From Trichodelitschia bisporula (taxonomy: Eukaryota), in the NCBI GenBank assembly GCA_010356995.1, contig ML996700.1:744001-808000 (forward strand): a stretch of DNA of 64,000 bases, read 5' to 3'. Below are positions 52,038 to 64,000 of this stretch, piece after piece. Numbering within the stretch: the stretch's first letter is position 1; the number at the start of each line of letters is the position of its first letter. Under the pieces are notes generated by a model that was not told the origin of the DNA, ran no database searches, and worked only from the letters and a program-made list of their open reading frames with translations. The translations under genes and the position numbers were made by a program.

Positions 52038-52757
52038 TCAATCTTCATCCCACACGTCCTTGACATCCAAGCCCACTCCCGCCGTCTTCTTCTCCTTATC
52101 CTTGTCCTTCTCAACGTTAGGCTTGACCTTCAGCTTCTCTTCCTTGACCACCTCCTTCTGCACTATAACCTTCTCCTTCTTCCTCCAAAATTTGAACTTC
52201 CCACCCCAAGCCCCTCTCCTCTCCTCATCCTCCTCCCCCACAACACTCCCCTTGTCACTATCCTTCCTCTCACTCCGACTCCTCTGCCTCCTACCCTCCT
52301 TCCTCTCCGCCGCCGCTCTCGTCTCATACCCCGCAGACACACTCCGATCAACCCCCTCCCCCCCGGCCACCGTCGGCACAAGCTGCCCCGTACTCGCCGC
52401 CGCCGGACCCCCCACACTAGGCGCAAACCCGCCCGTGCTAGGCGTCGGCACAAACCCCCCCGTACTCGGCGTCTGCGCCGGCGAACTGAAGGTAGACGCG
52501 CCACTCGGCGACCGCGCCTCGCTGTCGGCGATCGTGGCGGGTGTCTTGGGGCTCAAAGGCTGCTGCTGCAGCTGCCGCAGGGGCAGCGGGTGGTACATCG
52601 ACCCGACGGGCGCGGGGGCAGGTGGCGAAGGTGGCGGTGGTGAGGCGGGCGGGCTGGGGATCAGGTCGGCGGGGGGGATGTAGCGCGGGGCGAGTTGAGT
52701 GAGGGGGTCGGCGTTCGCGCCGGTGTTGGTGCTTATGATGCTGTTGTGAGGACTCAT
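52038..52757 (-). CDS. Hypothetical Pro/Ser-rich protein with charged C-terminus
   Basis: 239-aa ATG ORF showing the same C-rich to G-rich gradient as neighbouring genes; internal TPSTGGF duplication. Confidence 0.55.
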   Translation of the reverse strand: MSPHNSIISTNTGANADPLTQLAPRYIPPADLIPSPPASPPPPSPPAPAPVGSMYHPLPLRQLQQQPLSPKTPATIADSEARSPSGASTFSSPAQTPSTGGFVPTPSTGGFAPSVGGPAAASTGQLVPTVAGGEGVDRSVSAGYETRAAAERKEGRRQRSRSERKDSDKGSVVGEEDEERRGAWGGKFKFWRKKEKVIVQKEVVKEEKLKVKPNVEKDKDKEKKTAGVGLDVKDVWDED

Positions 52758-55511
52758 TTTGGCGGTTGGTTGGGGTGGTCGTGCCTTGGGATTTGAGGCT
52801 GGATGGGGGATTGTGGGGAAGCTGTTGCGGCGCCCGCGGGCGTTGAGGGGTTGCGGTGGGTTATATGCGCGTGTATGCCGGAGTGCGGATAGCTAGGCGC
52901 TGGGGTTGTATAGGCAGATTGCGGCGAGGGCGGGACCCCGCGCCGTGCGAGGGAGTGGAAAAACTAGGGGCCCTTGCAAGGCTGGAGGCAGGCCTTGGAG
53001 CTGAGGCCTTCTCCGGTGAGGACTCTGGAGAGCCGAACGTCTGCCTGGTTTTGTGTTGCTTAGTCCGGCGAGATTGTCCGGAGGAGTATCTTCCAAGCTG
53101 GTTTGGGATGGTGGCACGAGGTTTGGTCTGGGGGAGGGGCGGACCGCGCCGTCGGGAGGCGGGTTGGGCGGGGATACGTAGGAGAGCGAGGCTGCGGTGT
53201 TGGAGCCTGGGATGCGGGTGCTGGGATGGTTTTTGGAATCGAATTCGAACCTGGATGGCCGAGTTGGAGTTGACGTGAGTCAAGCGGTGCAGTTGGTCGG
53301 TGGAGGGGTGGTTCCGCTGAATGGGGAGTGGCGGTCGAGGCCAATAGTATTGATGGTGTTGTTGGTTCCACGCATCAACGTCTAGACATTAGAACTAGAC
53401 GACAAGGAAAGAAAAACGGCAGTCCTTTTTTGCAAAATGTCCGAGCACGACGAGAGGCATAAGTGAATCACAGAGGACCGGGGCGTCACTCCGGTTATGT
53501 ACGACGCAGCCCTTTCTCGTCAAGGGCGCACACTCGCGTTTCACGGTGGGCACGCGCATGCGCGGGGGTGTGTGGGATGGTGGGAGGCGCAGAGGAGGAG
53601 GGGAAGGGGGGTGGTTAGCCGGGGTGCATATTGCGGCTGTGATATGCGATGGTCGCGCTTTCTCTTGCTGCTTTCTCGCTGGCTTGCTCGGCGTTCTCGG
53701 GTTTTCAGTGTAGGGGACACAGGAGACGGGGGTGCATTGTCTTCTCGTTTCATGGGAGGTTGACGCGCAGGCTTGAAGATGTGACGGGTTTCTGGGATTT
53801 GGTGGACGAAGGCGACGAGGAGAGAGGGAGAGAGAGAGTGATGGCTCTAAGCGCGCAGGCAGAGGTAGGCGGGAGGTGGTGATGTGTGGTTGGTGGAGGG
53901 AGTGACCTGCCAAGGGTGATGGGGTGCCGTTGCGCCGTAGGGCGGGCGCGTAGGGTGAAACGCCTGCTCAGTGTGTTTTGGATGACGATGAGCCTCATCT
54001 CGTCACTGCACTTGAAACTTCATGCTTCATGCCTTTTCTCCACAGTCCTCCAAACTATGTAGAAAGCCACTTCGAAATCAAGAACTGAACACTTTTGCAA
54101 CTCCATACTCTAGTGTATCTCGAGATGCCAATATCGCCGATCTCCCTCCATTCAGAGCAAACTCAAGGCCTCCCATCTTGGCCACCCCACCACACCCTCC
54201 GCCATCGCACTCGACCAAACACAAGGCCCATCTCCAATCCAATCACCACCTTCATACGCACCACTTGTTGTATTTGCAAAACGGTAAATCCCGTCGCCAA
54301 AAGCCAAAACACCACCGACGCACTCCGCCACAATCACCCGCGCCAGCGGTCCAGCCGATATACGCCGTTCTGTGGTAGGGTACCTTCCCGAAATCTGCAC
54401 CAAAGCGCAAGCTCGTGCCGCCGTGAACCTCTTTCGTCCCTCGACAGACATGCATGTACTCCGTCCTATGTATACCGCGCGTTGGTGGCCATCCGTCTCC
54501 CCATTTATCAGGTCCAAAGTGCGGCGTAACGGCGATCGATGTAGGGATTCTCGTTAGCAGATACTAAAAGGCAGAAGCGGTCAGGCGCGCCTGCCCGCTC
54601 CCAGCACCCAGCAGTGAAGTACAGTATTCCAAAACCGCGATATGTACTCCCTGGCCCTTGGTGTTACTCCCCACGCCGCAACCCGCCATGACGGTCGTAC
54701 AGTACCGTACTCCCGCGCGCACGGCTGGGGTAAGTATCTCCATCGGCGTTCACGGGCGGGAAACGCGGGAGCTAGACTTTCTCGCCCTCAGTGGTTCACA
54801 CGGCGCGATAGTGGTCTGATCGCAACATCCGTGAGCGCCGCGTCCCATTGGTCAGGGGAGATGAAACGAGGCTGAGGCTGAGCGGGCGCGTAATGGACGT
54901 TGCGTTGGTGAGAAAGGGAGGGAGTGTGAAGATGCAGTCGTGCGCGGAGGGGAAAGTCGAGGCGGGGAGGCTGTTGTGTGCGGGTTGGTTGGTTGGTGGT
55001 TGATGCCGTTTGCTCGGGGAATTTTGGTGTTGTGCGAGTTGGGTGCAGTCGAGGGAGCGCCTTGTGCTACGTTGGGTGTGGCGAGAGGGTTGCGGTAAAG
55101 GAGGTCTTTGAGGGTGGGGGAGGATAGCCTTGAGAGCGGACGGCTGTCAACGATTGGTCGGTCGGGAGGCCGAGTAGAAAGCTGATACACGTCTCGAGCC
55201 GGGTCTGGTTCGGCTCAGCCTCCGTCCAGTGGTCGGTCTAGCGCATATCATTGGGCCATTCTCGCTAGAGTCCATGGAGTGCGTCGACGGTGGGGGCCAT
55301 CTTCAACGCCTGGCAATCAATTGTCTCGACACCAATCGCCCACGGCGAACCATAAGTCGTACAAGATGGCGTCCAAGTGGATAGGAGTGAGGCTGAAGGC
55401 CGGTGTTGCGGCCTACACCAGCCCTATCCGTCGCGGCGAACGACAAATGTCCTTCACGATATCGAACTAGGGATGTCTATTCGTCTAACCGCCGTACCCA
55501 ATGCAAACTCA

Positions 55512-57680
55512 CTATCCCGTCCGCTTCGGAGCCCAGTTCTCCAACCATCTCCGCCCAGAATCGATATCTCCCTCCTCAGCCTCAAGCGCAGCAACACACC
55601 ACTCAAGCCGGTAGACACCCTCCATAGCCATCCTCTCAGCCAGCATCCTCCTCCGCTGATTCTCCTCCTCCGTGCAAAAATGCAGCGGGCTCTTCCACCC
55701 ACCCTGCCCATCCTTCTCAAACAATCCCTCCAACAACGGCCTCACAACTGGCAGCGCATCCTTCGTGCTCACGCCCTTAACCTCACTCCCAACCTTATTC
55801 CCCTTCCCCGTCTTACAAAACTCATTCACGCACCACGACCGCCCACACCCCGTCATAAGCTGGCTCAAATACCTCCTCTCCACCCTCCTCCTCAGCCCCT
55901 TCCCCTCAGGATCATACGCCGCAACATAAAGCGGCCCAAAGCACACCCCGCACAGACCCACGTCATTCCCCGCCCCGTCACTGCGTAACCGGGTGTTCCC
56001 GCCGCGGCCCACGCCCTCTAGCGTCCGCCCGCACAGCACGTTGCGGCACACGAGGGGCACGTGCCGGACGCGCTTCTCGCTCTCGTGGCCGATTTCATGC
56101 GTGGCCAGGTCGCGCAGCCGCACGAAGCGTCCGCAAATCGCGCATTCGGTAGTCCGGGCTCCGTCGGCGAGTTCGTGCGGCGTGAGACCCGAGATCCAGA
56201 CTTCGGCTTCGGTGCCGGGGGAGGGGGCGCCTTGTGGAACTTGCAGGCGGCAGAAGCGGCAAAGGATGAGTTTCGAGGGGCAGCGTGTCGTGCGATGACG
56301 GGCGAGATCGCTGATGCTGGGGAATTCGTGCGAGCATGCGGTGCAAGTCGCTGGGATGTGGAAGAAAGCGTCGTGTTTGGACTTGGAGGTGGCTGAGTCG
56401 CCGCTTGCGTCGTCGTAGGGGCAGTGCCAATGTGCTGCAAAGGCGGGGGAGCGCTTTTGGAAGACACGTCTACATATTGGACATGCGGTGTTGTTGCGGA
56501 GGCAGAAGTTCATGTGTAGAGGTAATGTGCGCGATGGGATCCACTGGAGGCAGTTGTCGCAGCAGGTTGAGTCAGGCGGCTCAGAGGTCTCGTCCTGCTG
56601 TACTGATGAAGAGGCCGGATCATGCGGGTCGACACGAATGGTAAACGTAATGGATCTTGAATTCGTGCGTGATTGTTCGAATGGGAAGGCGTAAACTGAT
56701 ATCCAGAGAGCTTCGGCGTCTGCCATGTCTATCCCATCTGGCGGGACCACCACCTTGCGTGATTTTCTGCTGTCCACACTCGAATATACGTGTTCCCTGA
56801 TGCGAGGTCGCGTTCGTTGACGGGGACCGAAGGGCGTCACGAACAGCGCAACCTCGGCGTCATCTGCTTCATCCTCGATAATAATGCTGATATCCACCCC
56901 TTGGGATCGTATCCATGATGGGACTTCGAAGTCGGCGTATTCGCCCTCTTTTACGGAGCCTGGCCGGGCCTTGAGCAGCTCCAGCTTCACATTAGCACCG
57001 TCAGATCCTACTTGCTGTTTCCGTGTTCGATCCACGACACGCCGCACGGTCTCGCGGGCCTGCTCCTCGTTCAGCGCCTCAATATCGACCTCTAGATCCG
57101 TATCGACGATGCAGATGCCCTCGCCCTCGGGCTTGAACCCATCCACCAAGAAGCGAAACTCTTCGCCGTCGGACGGCACGACGAGCACGTCACCATTCGT
57201 CAAGGTGGTATAGTTGTTCCGCAGGTGATGTTCGAGCAGCGCACGCCAATCTTCAGGGGCATATCCGGCCTCGAGTGGACGCAGCTTGACGAAGGTACCC
57301 TTGGGGAGGGGTTTGGCGACTACCGTGAGCATGGCGTCCGAAGGGGCATCGTTGAGGCCGAGCGCGTCGCGTAGATGTGGGCTAAGCACCACCTGCCCAT
57401 CGTCGGCAGAGAACTCTCGGATACCCGCGTAAACGACGCGTTCGTTGGCAGGGTTCACGACGCGAAAGGTGAGCGGGTGAGGGAGGGTCTGGGACTGTGT
57501 GGGTTCGAGACGTTGGGTGAAGCTGTAGGGGTCGAACGACGTGGGGGCGGGCGGAGGCGGGGCAGAGGCGGCGAGGAGCTGTTCGAGGGCGGCTTGGGGG
57601 AGGAGGAGCTTGTCTCCGGGAAGGTGAACGGGTGATTCTGGAGCTAGAGCGAGAGAGGCAGACCAGTTTAACGAAGCCAT
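55512..57680 (-). CDS. UFD1-domain protein with TRAF-like zinc fingers, AZUL-like zinc motif and UBA-like tail
   Basis: GDKLLLPQAALEQL, PLTFRV, YAGIREFSA, LPKGTFVKLRP, LLEHHLRNNYTTLT, ICIVDTDLEVDI; CxxC..H..C repeats; RRYLSQLMTGCGRSWCVNEFC; YRLEWCVAALE...WLENWAP. Confidence 0.85.
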   Translation of the reverse strand: MASLNWSASLALAPESPVHLPGDKLLLPQAALEQLLAASAPPPPAPTSFDPYSFTQRLEPTQSQTLPHPLTFRVVNPANERVVYAGIREFSADDGQVVLSPHLRDALGLNDAPSDAMLTVVAKPLPKGTFVKLRPLEAGYAPEDWRALLEHHLRNNYTTLTNGDVLVVPSDGEEFRFLVDGFKPEGEGICIVDTDLEVDIEALNEEQARETVRRVVDRTRKQQVGSDGANVKLELLKARPGSVKEGEYADFEVPSWIRSQGVDISIIIEDEADDAEVALFVTPFGPRQRTRPRIREHVYSSVDSRKSRKVVVPPDGIDMADAEALWISVYAFPFEQSRTNSRSITFTIRVDPHDPASSSVQQDETSEPPDSTCCDNCLQWIPSRTLPLHMNFCLRNNTACPICRRVFQKRSPAFAAHWHCPYDDASGDSATSKSKHDAFFHIPATCTACSHEFPSISDLARHRTTRCPSKLILCRFCRLQVPQGAPSPGTEAEVWISGLTPHELADGARTTECAICGRFVRLRDLATHEIGHESEKRVRHVPLVCRNVLCGRTLEGVGRGGNTRLRSDGAGNDVGLCGVCFGPLYVAAYDPEGKGLRRRVERRYLSQLMTGCGRSWCVNEFCKTGKGNKVGSEVKGVSTKDALPVVRPLLEGLFEKDGQGGWKSPLHFCTEEENQRRRMLAERMAMEGVYRLEWCVAALEAEEGDIDSGRRWLENWAPKRTG

Positions 57681-58658
57681 GAGAAATAATGTACCGTAGA
57701 GGCGTAAATGGCGGGGCAGCTGACGGAGGTACCAGCGGCGCGCAGGAGGAGCTTGGCGGAGAGTGGGGCAGGAAGCTGTGGTGGTGGTCCGACGGGCACG
57801 CTGGTCACGAAGTACAGATTCAACACCCCAGCTTCTACAGAGTGCAGATGCTCGAAGTGATGCTTTTATGCGGAAAACGTTGTGAATGTTTACTTGCCAC
57901 GCTTGGTGGAAGGGATGGAATCGAGTCGAACCAAGTCACGTAAGCGAGTAGGATCCCAAAGCAGAGAGTGAGATTGGTACTGCACGGTCTTTTCATGGAG
58001 TTGTCGAACATCTTGCAGCACATGCCGCTATGCTCCAATTTCGATGCCAATGATACCAAAGTCTAGTAGAAGATCTAGATGTCCGAGATCTTGCTCGGAA
58101 GAAGTTGCCGGCTGGCTTGGAATGCGGAGTACTCCGCTTCGATTTTGTTGCTTACGATCGCCTGATCAAGTGAACGAGCATTTTCGCTGACAGAATGTAT
58201 TCTGTGCGTATCTGGGGACGAGCGGTCTTATCCTTGGGTGCAATTTCTGAGGGGTTGATCTCTCGAACGGCGATGCGAAGAAGATAAGCAAGTGAACCCA
58301 GAGGATTGGGGACATTTTGTGCTGCCACCCCCCCTCAGCTTCAGATGAGGTCATCGCGAGCAAGTGCTTTGTCAAAGTTTCCCCAGAGCTCTTTCGGGCC
58401 AAGGCACTTGTCCGCGTCAACGGCGCTTCTAACGATTTGTTTGCCTTCCTTCGGCGCGGCAACTGTCTATCACGGTCTCTGGCGGTAGAATACTTGCCGG
58501 CCGACGAACGTGCCGGCTCACTCAGCATCGGGCGGAGTGTGCCTAGTCTAGGTTGTAGCAATTAGCTTCGCGCTTCCTCTAATTCGCTTCTCTTCTGTTC
58601 ATGATGCCGCCAGTGCCGGACCCAATGGCGTAATGAATTGAAGTGGCGGGGCGGTCGA

Positions 58659-58797
58659 CGGAGCCGCCCGACGAACACGTTCAACGGGTCGCGCAAACTG
58701 ACGCCGGGAACCTTGCGGGCCTTGTCGTGCCGTCCCCAAGGCGGAGGTGGCCGTCAATGCCATTGTGGCTCTGATAACACCCGCGTTGGTATAAAGA
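58659..58797 (+). promoter_or_regulatory. Uricase promoter: CGG-N6-CCGA (UaY-like), TGATAA (AreA-like) and TATA box
   Basis: CGG agccgc CCGA at 58659-58671; TGATAA at 58772-58777; TATAAA at 58790. Confidence 0.55.
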
Positions 58798-58915
58798 CGA
58801 CGGAAAGCCGCTTATTGTAGACGCAATTCACTCATCTACAAGCTTCGTCTCATCTCATCTCTACCCATTTCCCTGTCTCTTGCCTCTTCCATCGCTTCCA
58901 TCTACTACATCCACA

Positions 58916-59915
58916 ATGGCCGAAGTCACCTACGCCCGCTATGGCAAGGATAACATCCGCCTGCTCAAGGTCATCCGCGACCCAGCCGACCGCAACAAGC
59001 AGACCGTGGTAGAAATGACAGTGCGCATCCTACTCGAAGGCGACATCGAAAGCTCGTTCGTCCCCCGCCTCCGTCCCACCTCCCCACTAACCCCCACAGC
59101 TACACCCGCGCCGACAACTCCGTCGTCGTCGCAACCGACACCCAAAAGCAAACCTGCTATATCCTCGCAAAGCAGCATCCCATCGCGCCCCCCGAACTCT
59201 TCGCCTCCATCGTCGGCACGCACTTCATCACCGAGTATCCGCACATCCACGCCGCGCACGTCAAAATCACCCAGCTCCGCTGGACGCGCATGCTCATCGA
59301 TGGCAAGCCCCACGCGCACTCCTTCCTGCGCGACGGCGAGGAGACCCGCGACGTCGAAGTCGTGGCACGCGAGGGCGCGGGCCTGGATATCAAGTCTGGC
59401 ATCACGAAGCTGACGGTGCTGAAGAGCACGGGGTCTGCGTTCTACGGCTTCCATCGCGATGCGTACACCGCGCTGCCGGAGACGTGGGACCGCATTTTGT
59501 CGACTGAGGTCGAGGCCGCGTGGCGCTGGCGCCGGTTTGCGGGGCTGGAGGATGTGCGCCGCGAGGCGGGGGCTTTTGACGGCGCGTGGGAGAGTGCGCG
59601 GCGTATCACGCTTGAGACGTTTGCGAAGGAGAATAGTCCTAGTGTGCAGAACACTATGTTCAAGATGAGCGAGCAGATTTTGGCGGCGGTGCCGCTGGTG
59701 GATTCGGTCGACTACTCGCTGCCGAACAAGCACTACTTTGAGATTGGTGAGTTCTGGCATGAACCAGGCGCTGGATATTGCTAACTCTCCCAGATCTGAG
59801 CTGGCACAAGGGGCTGAAGAACACGGGCGCCGACGCCGAGGTGTACGCGCCGCAGTCGAACCCGAACGGCTTGATTCAGTGCACGGTGTCGCGCAAGTCC
59901 AAGGCCAAGTTGTAG
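58916..59915 (+). CDS. uaZ: Urate oxidase (uricase), peroxisomal, 2 introns
   Basis: YGKDNIR, SYTRADNSVVVATDTQKQT, LTVLKSTGSAFYGF, TWDRILST, SPSVQNTMF, LPNKHYF; C-terminal AKL PTS1. Confidence 0.95.
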
Positions 59916-60192
59916 TCTAGCATTCTAGCGGGAGCATCTTTGGTTCGGCGCATGGGATGGTTGCACTTTAGCGTTCGTTATATGATACATCTACCGTTCA
60001 ATTCCTGACTCCTGACGCCGCTGATGCTGCTGATGCGTGCTTGCGGGCTGCCCAGTAACCTCCCGTGTGGATCGCTCTTCCTTTATGGGTTGCTGCCTTG
60101 TGCAGGCTGCTGATGACCACGATACATGTCCATAGCCAAAAGCGGTCCCCGGTGCCCTACAATCCTATGTCCCTACGCAATGTCCTTGGTGT

Positions 60193-60830
60193 CTATGCCT
60201 TCGGAGCTGCCGGAGCTGTCGGAGCTGCTGATGCCGCCTCGCGCTCCTTCTGTGCTTGCCTCGCCTCAATCTCCTGCAACACCGCCGGCTTCTGTCCATA
60301 ATACTTGACCACATTCTGCTTAAACGGATGCTCATGCCCCTCAAACGCTGCTACCAGTTAGCTGCATCCCCCCGCACCCAACCCACGTCCCCTCAACTCA
60401 CCCTTAAGCCTCCTCAACCGCACATCCCTCAGCCGATTCTTCGGCAACATGCCCCTCACCGCACGGCGCAGAATCTCCGCCCCACCCCACTTATCCATCA
60501 CCCGCTCCATGCTCATGGCCTTCAGACTTCCAGGTCGCGTCGTGTGCGTGTAGTACATCTTCTGTGCCATCTTCCGCCCCGTCACACGCAGGTCCTGACA
60601 TCCCACCGCGACTATGTAGTCGCCGCAGTCGGTCGATGGGTCATACATGGGCTTGTGTTTGCCCATGAGGGTGAGGGCGATGCGGCTTGCGAGTCGACCG
60701 AGGGGAAGGGGGGACGCGGTGATGTCGAGGAGGTGCCAGGGACGGGCGTAGGCGAGGCGGGTCTGCGTGGTTAGGTCTTTGCGGGTGGGGGAGGGGAGGG
60801 AGGGCGTACCTTGCCCACGGCTTGGGACAT
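60193..60830 (-). CDS. MRPL23: Mitochondrial ribosomal protein uL13m, 2 introns
   Basis: MSQAVGK|TRLAYARPWH, LGRLASRIA..LMGKHKP.YDPSTDCGDYIV, AVRGMLPKNRLR, FEGHEHPFK. Confidence 0.92.
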
Positions 60831-62279
60831 GGTGGTGGTGCGGGCTGGCCCTGGTGGATGGTTGGCTGGTTATGGGGGGGCGAGAGCTGAGAGGAGGGTT
60901 CAATTGAGCGGATGTGGGTGTGGTGGTCGTGATGCGGCGGAGGTGTTGCGGGCTGGCGTTTTGCGGTCGGCGTGGAAAAATCCGGATGCGGCTAGCGCCC
61001 GGGCTTTTCGGGATGGGCCGAGTGGGAGTGACGAGAGCTCCGAGACGTAAAAAGCCGAACATCAAAACCTATCGTTCGGTTTTTACTTTCCTAAGACTGG
61101 GTTCCTTGATTCCGCATACTCAGGTTTGTTCTCCGTCGGAGCATCACAAAATGCGAGCATGGGTTGATTTTTGTATGATTTTTAGGTTGCATGTAAGATC
61201 ACATTGATGTCGACATTGCGAGCTCCGCATTACAAGCCTTGATATCTCCATGACTACTGGGAGTCTGACCACTTCCCTTTCCTCATCTTTCTCATTTTCG
61301 AACTAAGTAGTAGTCCAAGTAGCAGGCATACCGTACTGATATCCTCTTTAGTGACCCAATTCATCGATGAAAGTAGCCGGGCAGCCGAGCCATGCCACGA
61401 CGGAACGTCTCATGGAAGAACCGGGCTGAAGCGCCGCCCAAAGGATATATAGGAATTGGGGGAGTGTGGAGCACCACGGCTATCGTGATGTCCTATCATA
61501 CTACATCGGTTGAGTTCCTTGTGCGTGTCCCACCGGGAGACGTTGGAGAAGTCAAGGCATCAACGGCCGTATAATTAGCTTCAGGCCTCTGCGGCCAGGG
61601 ACATCGATATGAGTTCGCTGATTCATCTGCATTGCAGTCCGCAACTTCATTAAATCATATCCCAAAGCCTGTCCGGCGCTCAGTGAAGCAGCAAACTATC
61701 GTGAAGCAGCATATGAAACGAGGTCAACTTAAGCTCTACGCACAGCACAGTTAGCCATCAAGCCATCTGCTCGCTCCGCCAGGTGAAACATACGTCCATT
61801 GGACATCGAACGCATTACCGAAAGCACCAACATATTGTAAAGCGACCAGGCCGGCCTATCCACAGAAGTGCGATATCATTGGATCCCCAAGCTCATCCAT
61901 GTGGTGGGACGCCTGACGGTCTGCCTTGCCGTACCACTAAACCCGCGAGACCGTGGCTGTGACGCAGGTGCACGAACCCCGAAGCTCAGAGTATTTGACG
62001 TCAGGGAACATGAGCTGATCAACGTTGGCTCCATCAACGAAAGCATTGAAGCACCAACACGAGTTCCAAGTCATCGTTATGCTAAATGTACACAGCTTAG
62101 GCTCTCAACCCAAGCACGATTAATTACCGAGTGTCTGCCCTATGCGCGTCGAACACATGCACCAAAAAAGTTCACGAAGCGCGCTGCGACAGGATTACTG
62201 CCGCAAAGAAGTAACGCCACCCCAATGCCCAAAGCACCACCGGCGCCGTCGCCAACCGCCTCCCAATGCAACCGCGACT

Positions 62280-63268
62280 CTACTGCGCCTTGTTCTTCTT
62301 CGCCTTCTTTGCCTCGCGCTGGCGCTGCAGCGACTCTGCCGTCGCCTCCGTATCGAGGCAGAAGTCCCACCAGCGGAAGCTGCTGGCGTAGTTGCCGATG
62401 AACTTTTCGTGGTGGACGTCGTGATGCTCGGCACCGGCCCAAAAGGGGAGGAAGTGATGAAGGCTCCAGGGGAACTCGTAGCCCGAGTGCGCGTCGATGG
62501 CCTGGAAGAGCCGCAGCACAATCCAGATGTACATGGTCAGGATGTGCAGGTCGCCCGTGACGGCACACCACAAGATCGGGCAGCCGACGGTGCCGAACCC
62601 GAGCACCATGACCTCAATGGGCGACGCGTATTCAGCCGCCAGGCCAAACGGCGCGCTGTACTGGTGGTGGATCTTGTGGACGTTCTTGTAGAGGAACGAG
62701 GACACGTGCATTAGCCGATGCGACCAGTAATGCCAGGCATCTTCGAGCACAAAGAAAACGGCGATTTGGTAGGCCATTGTCCAGATCGAGGGGAAGGGAA
62801 CCGTGGTGCTGAGGCCGCAGTACTGTGCCATGGGGTGGAAGAGCCTGGATCAGTCAGCGAGATTCGGGTGTAAGCGGGAGCAAACGTACCAGATCTGCGG
62901 GAGCTCAACGGTGAAGTGGCTCAGCAGCACGAGCAGGGCGCAATTCCACTGCTCGCGCGCAGTGGGAATCTTGTTCGCCTGGATCTTGTAGCGGTTGAAG
63001 TAGGGTATGCAGTCGATGATGATCCAAGGTAGGCTGCGGCCGAAGTAGACGAGCTCATGTATGACAAAGGACATTACGCCTGTTGCGAGCACGTCGTTTT
63101 GCATGTATGCGTACCACGCCATCCACAGGCGCTCAAGGTAATTGAGGGACACATTGTACTTGGAGACCTCGTCGAACTGCGCCCAGTAGTCGAGGCCGGT
63201 GATGGTAGAGTTTCTGGCGGGTTAGTTGTGTTCGCCGGGAGCAAGAGAGCGACTTACACCACGTTCAT
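62280..63268 (-). CDS. ERG25: C-4 methylsterol oxidase, 2 introns
   Basis: [53 protein letters not shown] histidine boxes. Confidence 0.95.
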
Positions 63269-63601
63269 GGCGGCGACAGGAAGCGGTGAGAGGGGTGTGA
63301 GAGGGCAAGGAGAGGTGCAGAGCGAGGGATTGCACCGGTAAAGGAAGCGAAGAGCGTAAGAGAGGAGATGGGAAGTTAAAGAGGAGAGAGGAGAGCGGAG
63401 ATAGTGCGCCCCTGAGAAGCACTGAGAGGCCAAAGCAACGGGGGGATTTGAATTGCGCGTTGCAGTTGGACGATGAGTTTAAGGAGAGAAGGCGGGAGGT
63501 TTTTGTTGGGTGCAACGCGGCAAAGAGGCTCGGGGGCGCCAGGGTCAACGGCGCTGCCAGCCCCTGTCCCTCTTGTCCCTGTCGAGCCATTTTTGCCTGC
63601 G

Positions 63602-63767
63602 CGGAACATGGCGATTCCGGCGCGCTGAGAGAGAACAACTGCAAAGTCACGCTTCAACCCGAGCCAGCCCACTATCATATCTCTCGGCCCGAGAAAATCT
63701 GACATGATGAGGCTACTGCTTGCGCGGCAAAAATAAGTCATGCGACTGATTAATTCGTCATGCCACT
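63602..63767. promoter_or_regulatory. ERG25 promoter: CGG-N12-CCG (AtrR-like) and SRE-like GTCATGCCACT (SrbA-like)
   Basis: CGG aacatggcgatt CCG at 63602-63619; GTCATGCCACT at 63757-63767; near-copy GTCATGCGACT at 63737-63747. Confidence 0.55.
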
Positions 63768-64000
63768 CCCTCAGCCGCTGCTGCTCTCAACCAGCTGCGG
63801 CCACTCATCCGGCGTCTGGACCTGCGCATTCTCAACGCCTGGTCAGCTGACACAATTACCGGTTACGTATTAGCTCTACTATGATAGTGGTACAGGATAT
63901 CAGATGTTCTCCCACCAAGAACGCCCCTGAACTCCTCGGAACCCGCCGCTATGATACCGTAGGCTACAACAGACAAAAGCACGGCAAGACAAACACAAGA

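Noticed and set aside
52800..55450. Overlapping 60-170 aa ORFs upstream of the Pro-rich gene
   Set aside because: Low-complexity CT/GA-rich UTR/promoter-like sequence with no motif support.
63704..63750. Box C (ATGATGA) and box D (CTGA) pair
   Set aside because: Only ~45 nt apart, no terminal stem or recognisable rRNA guide; overlaps promoter motifs.

Overview
Gene-dense, intron-containing nuclear DNA of a filamentous ascomycete (GT..CTRAC..YAG introns of ~45-100 nt; Pezizomycotina, plausibly a Dothideomycete). About 25 protein genes can be assembled by hand: Rictor/Avo3 (partial), mitochondrial GatA, a cyclase-family hydrolase, a sphingoid/DAG-kinase-like protein, AFG2-type AAA ATPase, CE4 deacetylase, RPL13, PTH11-like membrane protein, SRPK, an RRM-like protein, MED27, NIC96, a membrane-anchored HET protein, pterin carbinolamine dehydratase, a PHO89/PiT phosphate symporter, an OSCA/CSC1 channel, a UFD1-domain zinc-finger protein, uricase, mitochondrial uL13 and ERG25, plus an intron-containing tRNA-Ala(UGC). 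Top finding, missed by the ORF track because of an intron: a nuclear-encoded ATP synthase subunit 8 (normally a mitochondrial gene) with a 65-aa presequence. Also notable: a HET gene followed by a ~98/295-bp higher-order repeat carrying periodic splice sites and a broken caspase-like gene; a candidate alternative last exon of SRPK; an LRGG-containing in-frame extension upstream of MED27; and regulator motifs matching the function of PHO89, uricase and ERG25. All family calls come from motif recognition by eye, with no database searches.
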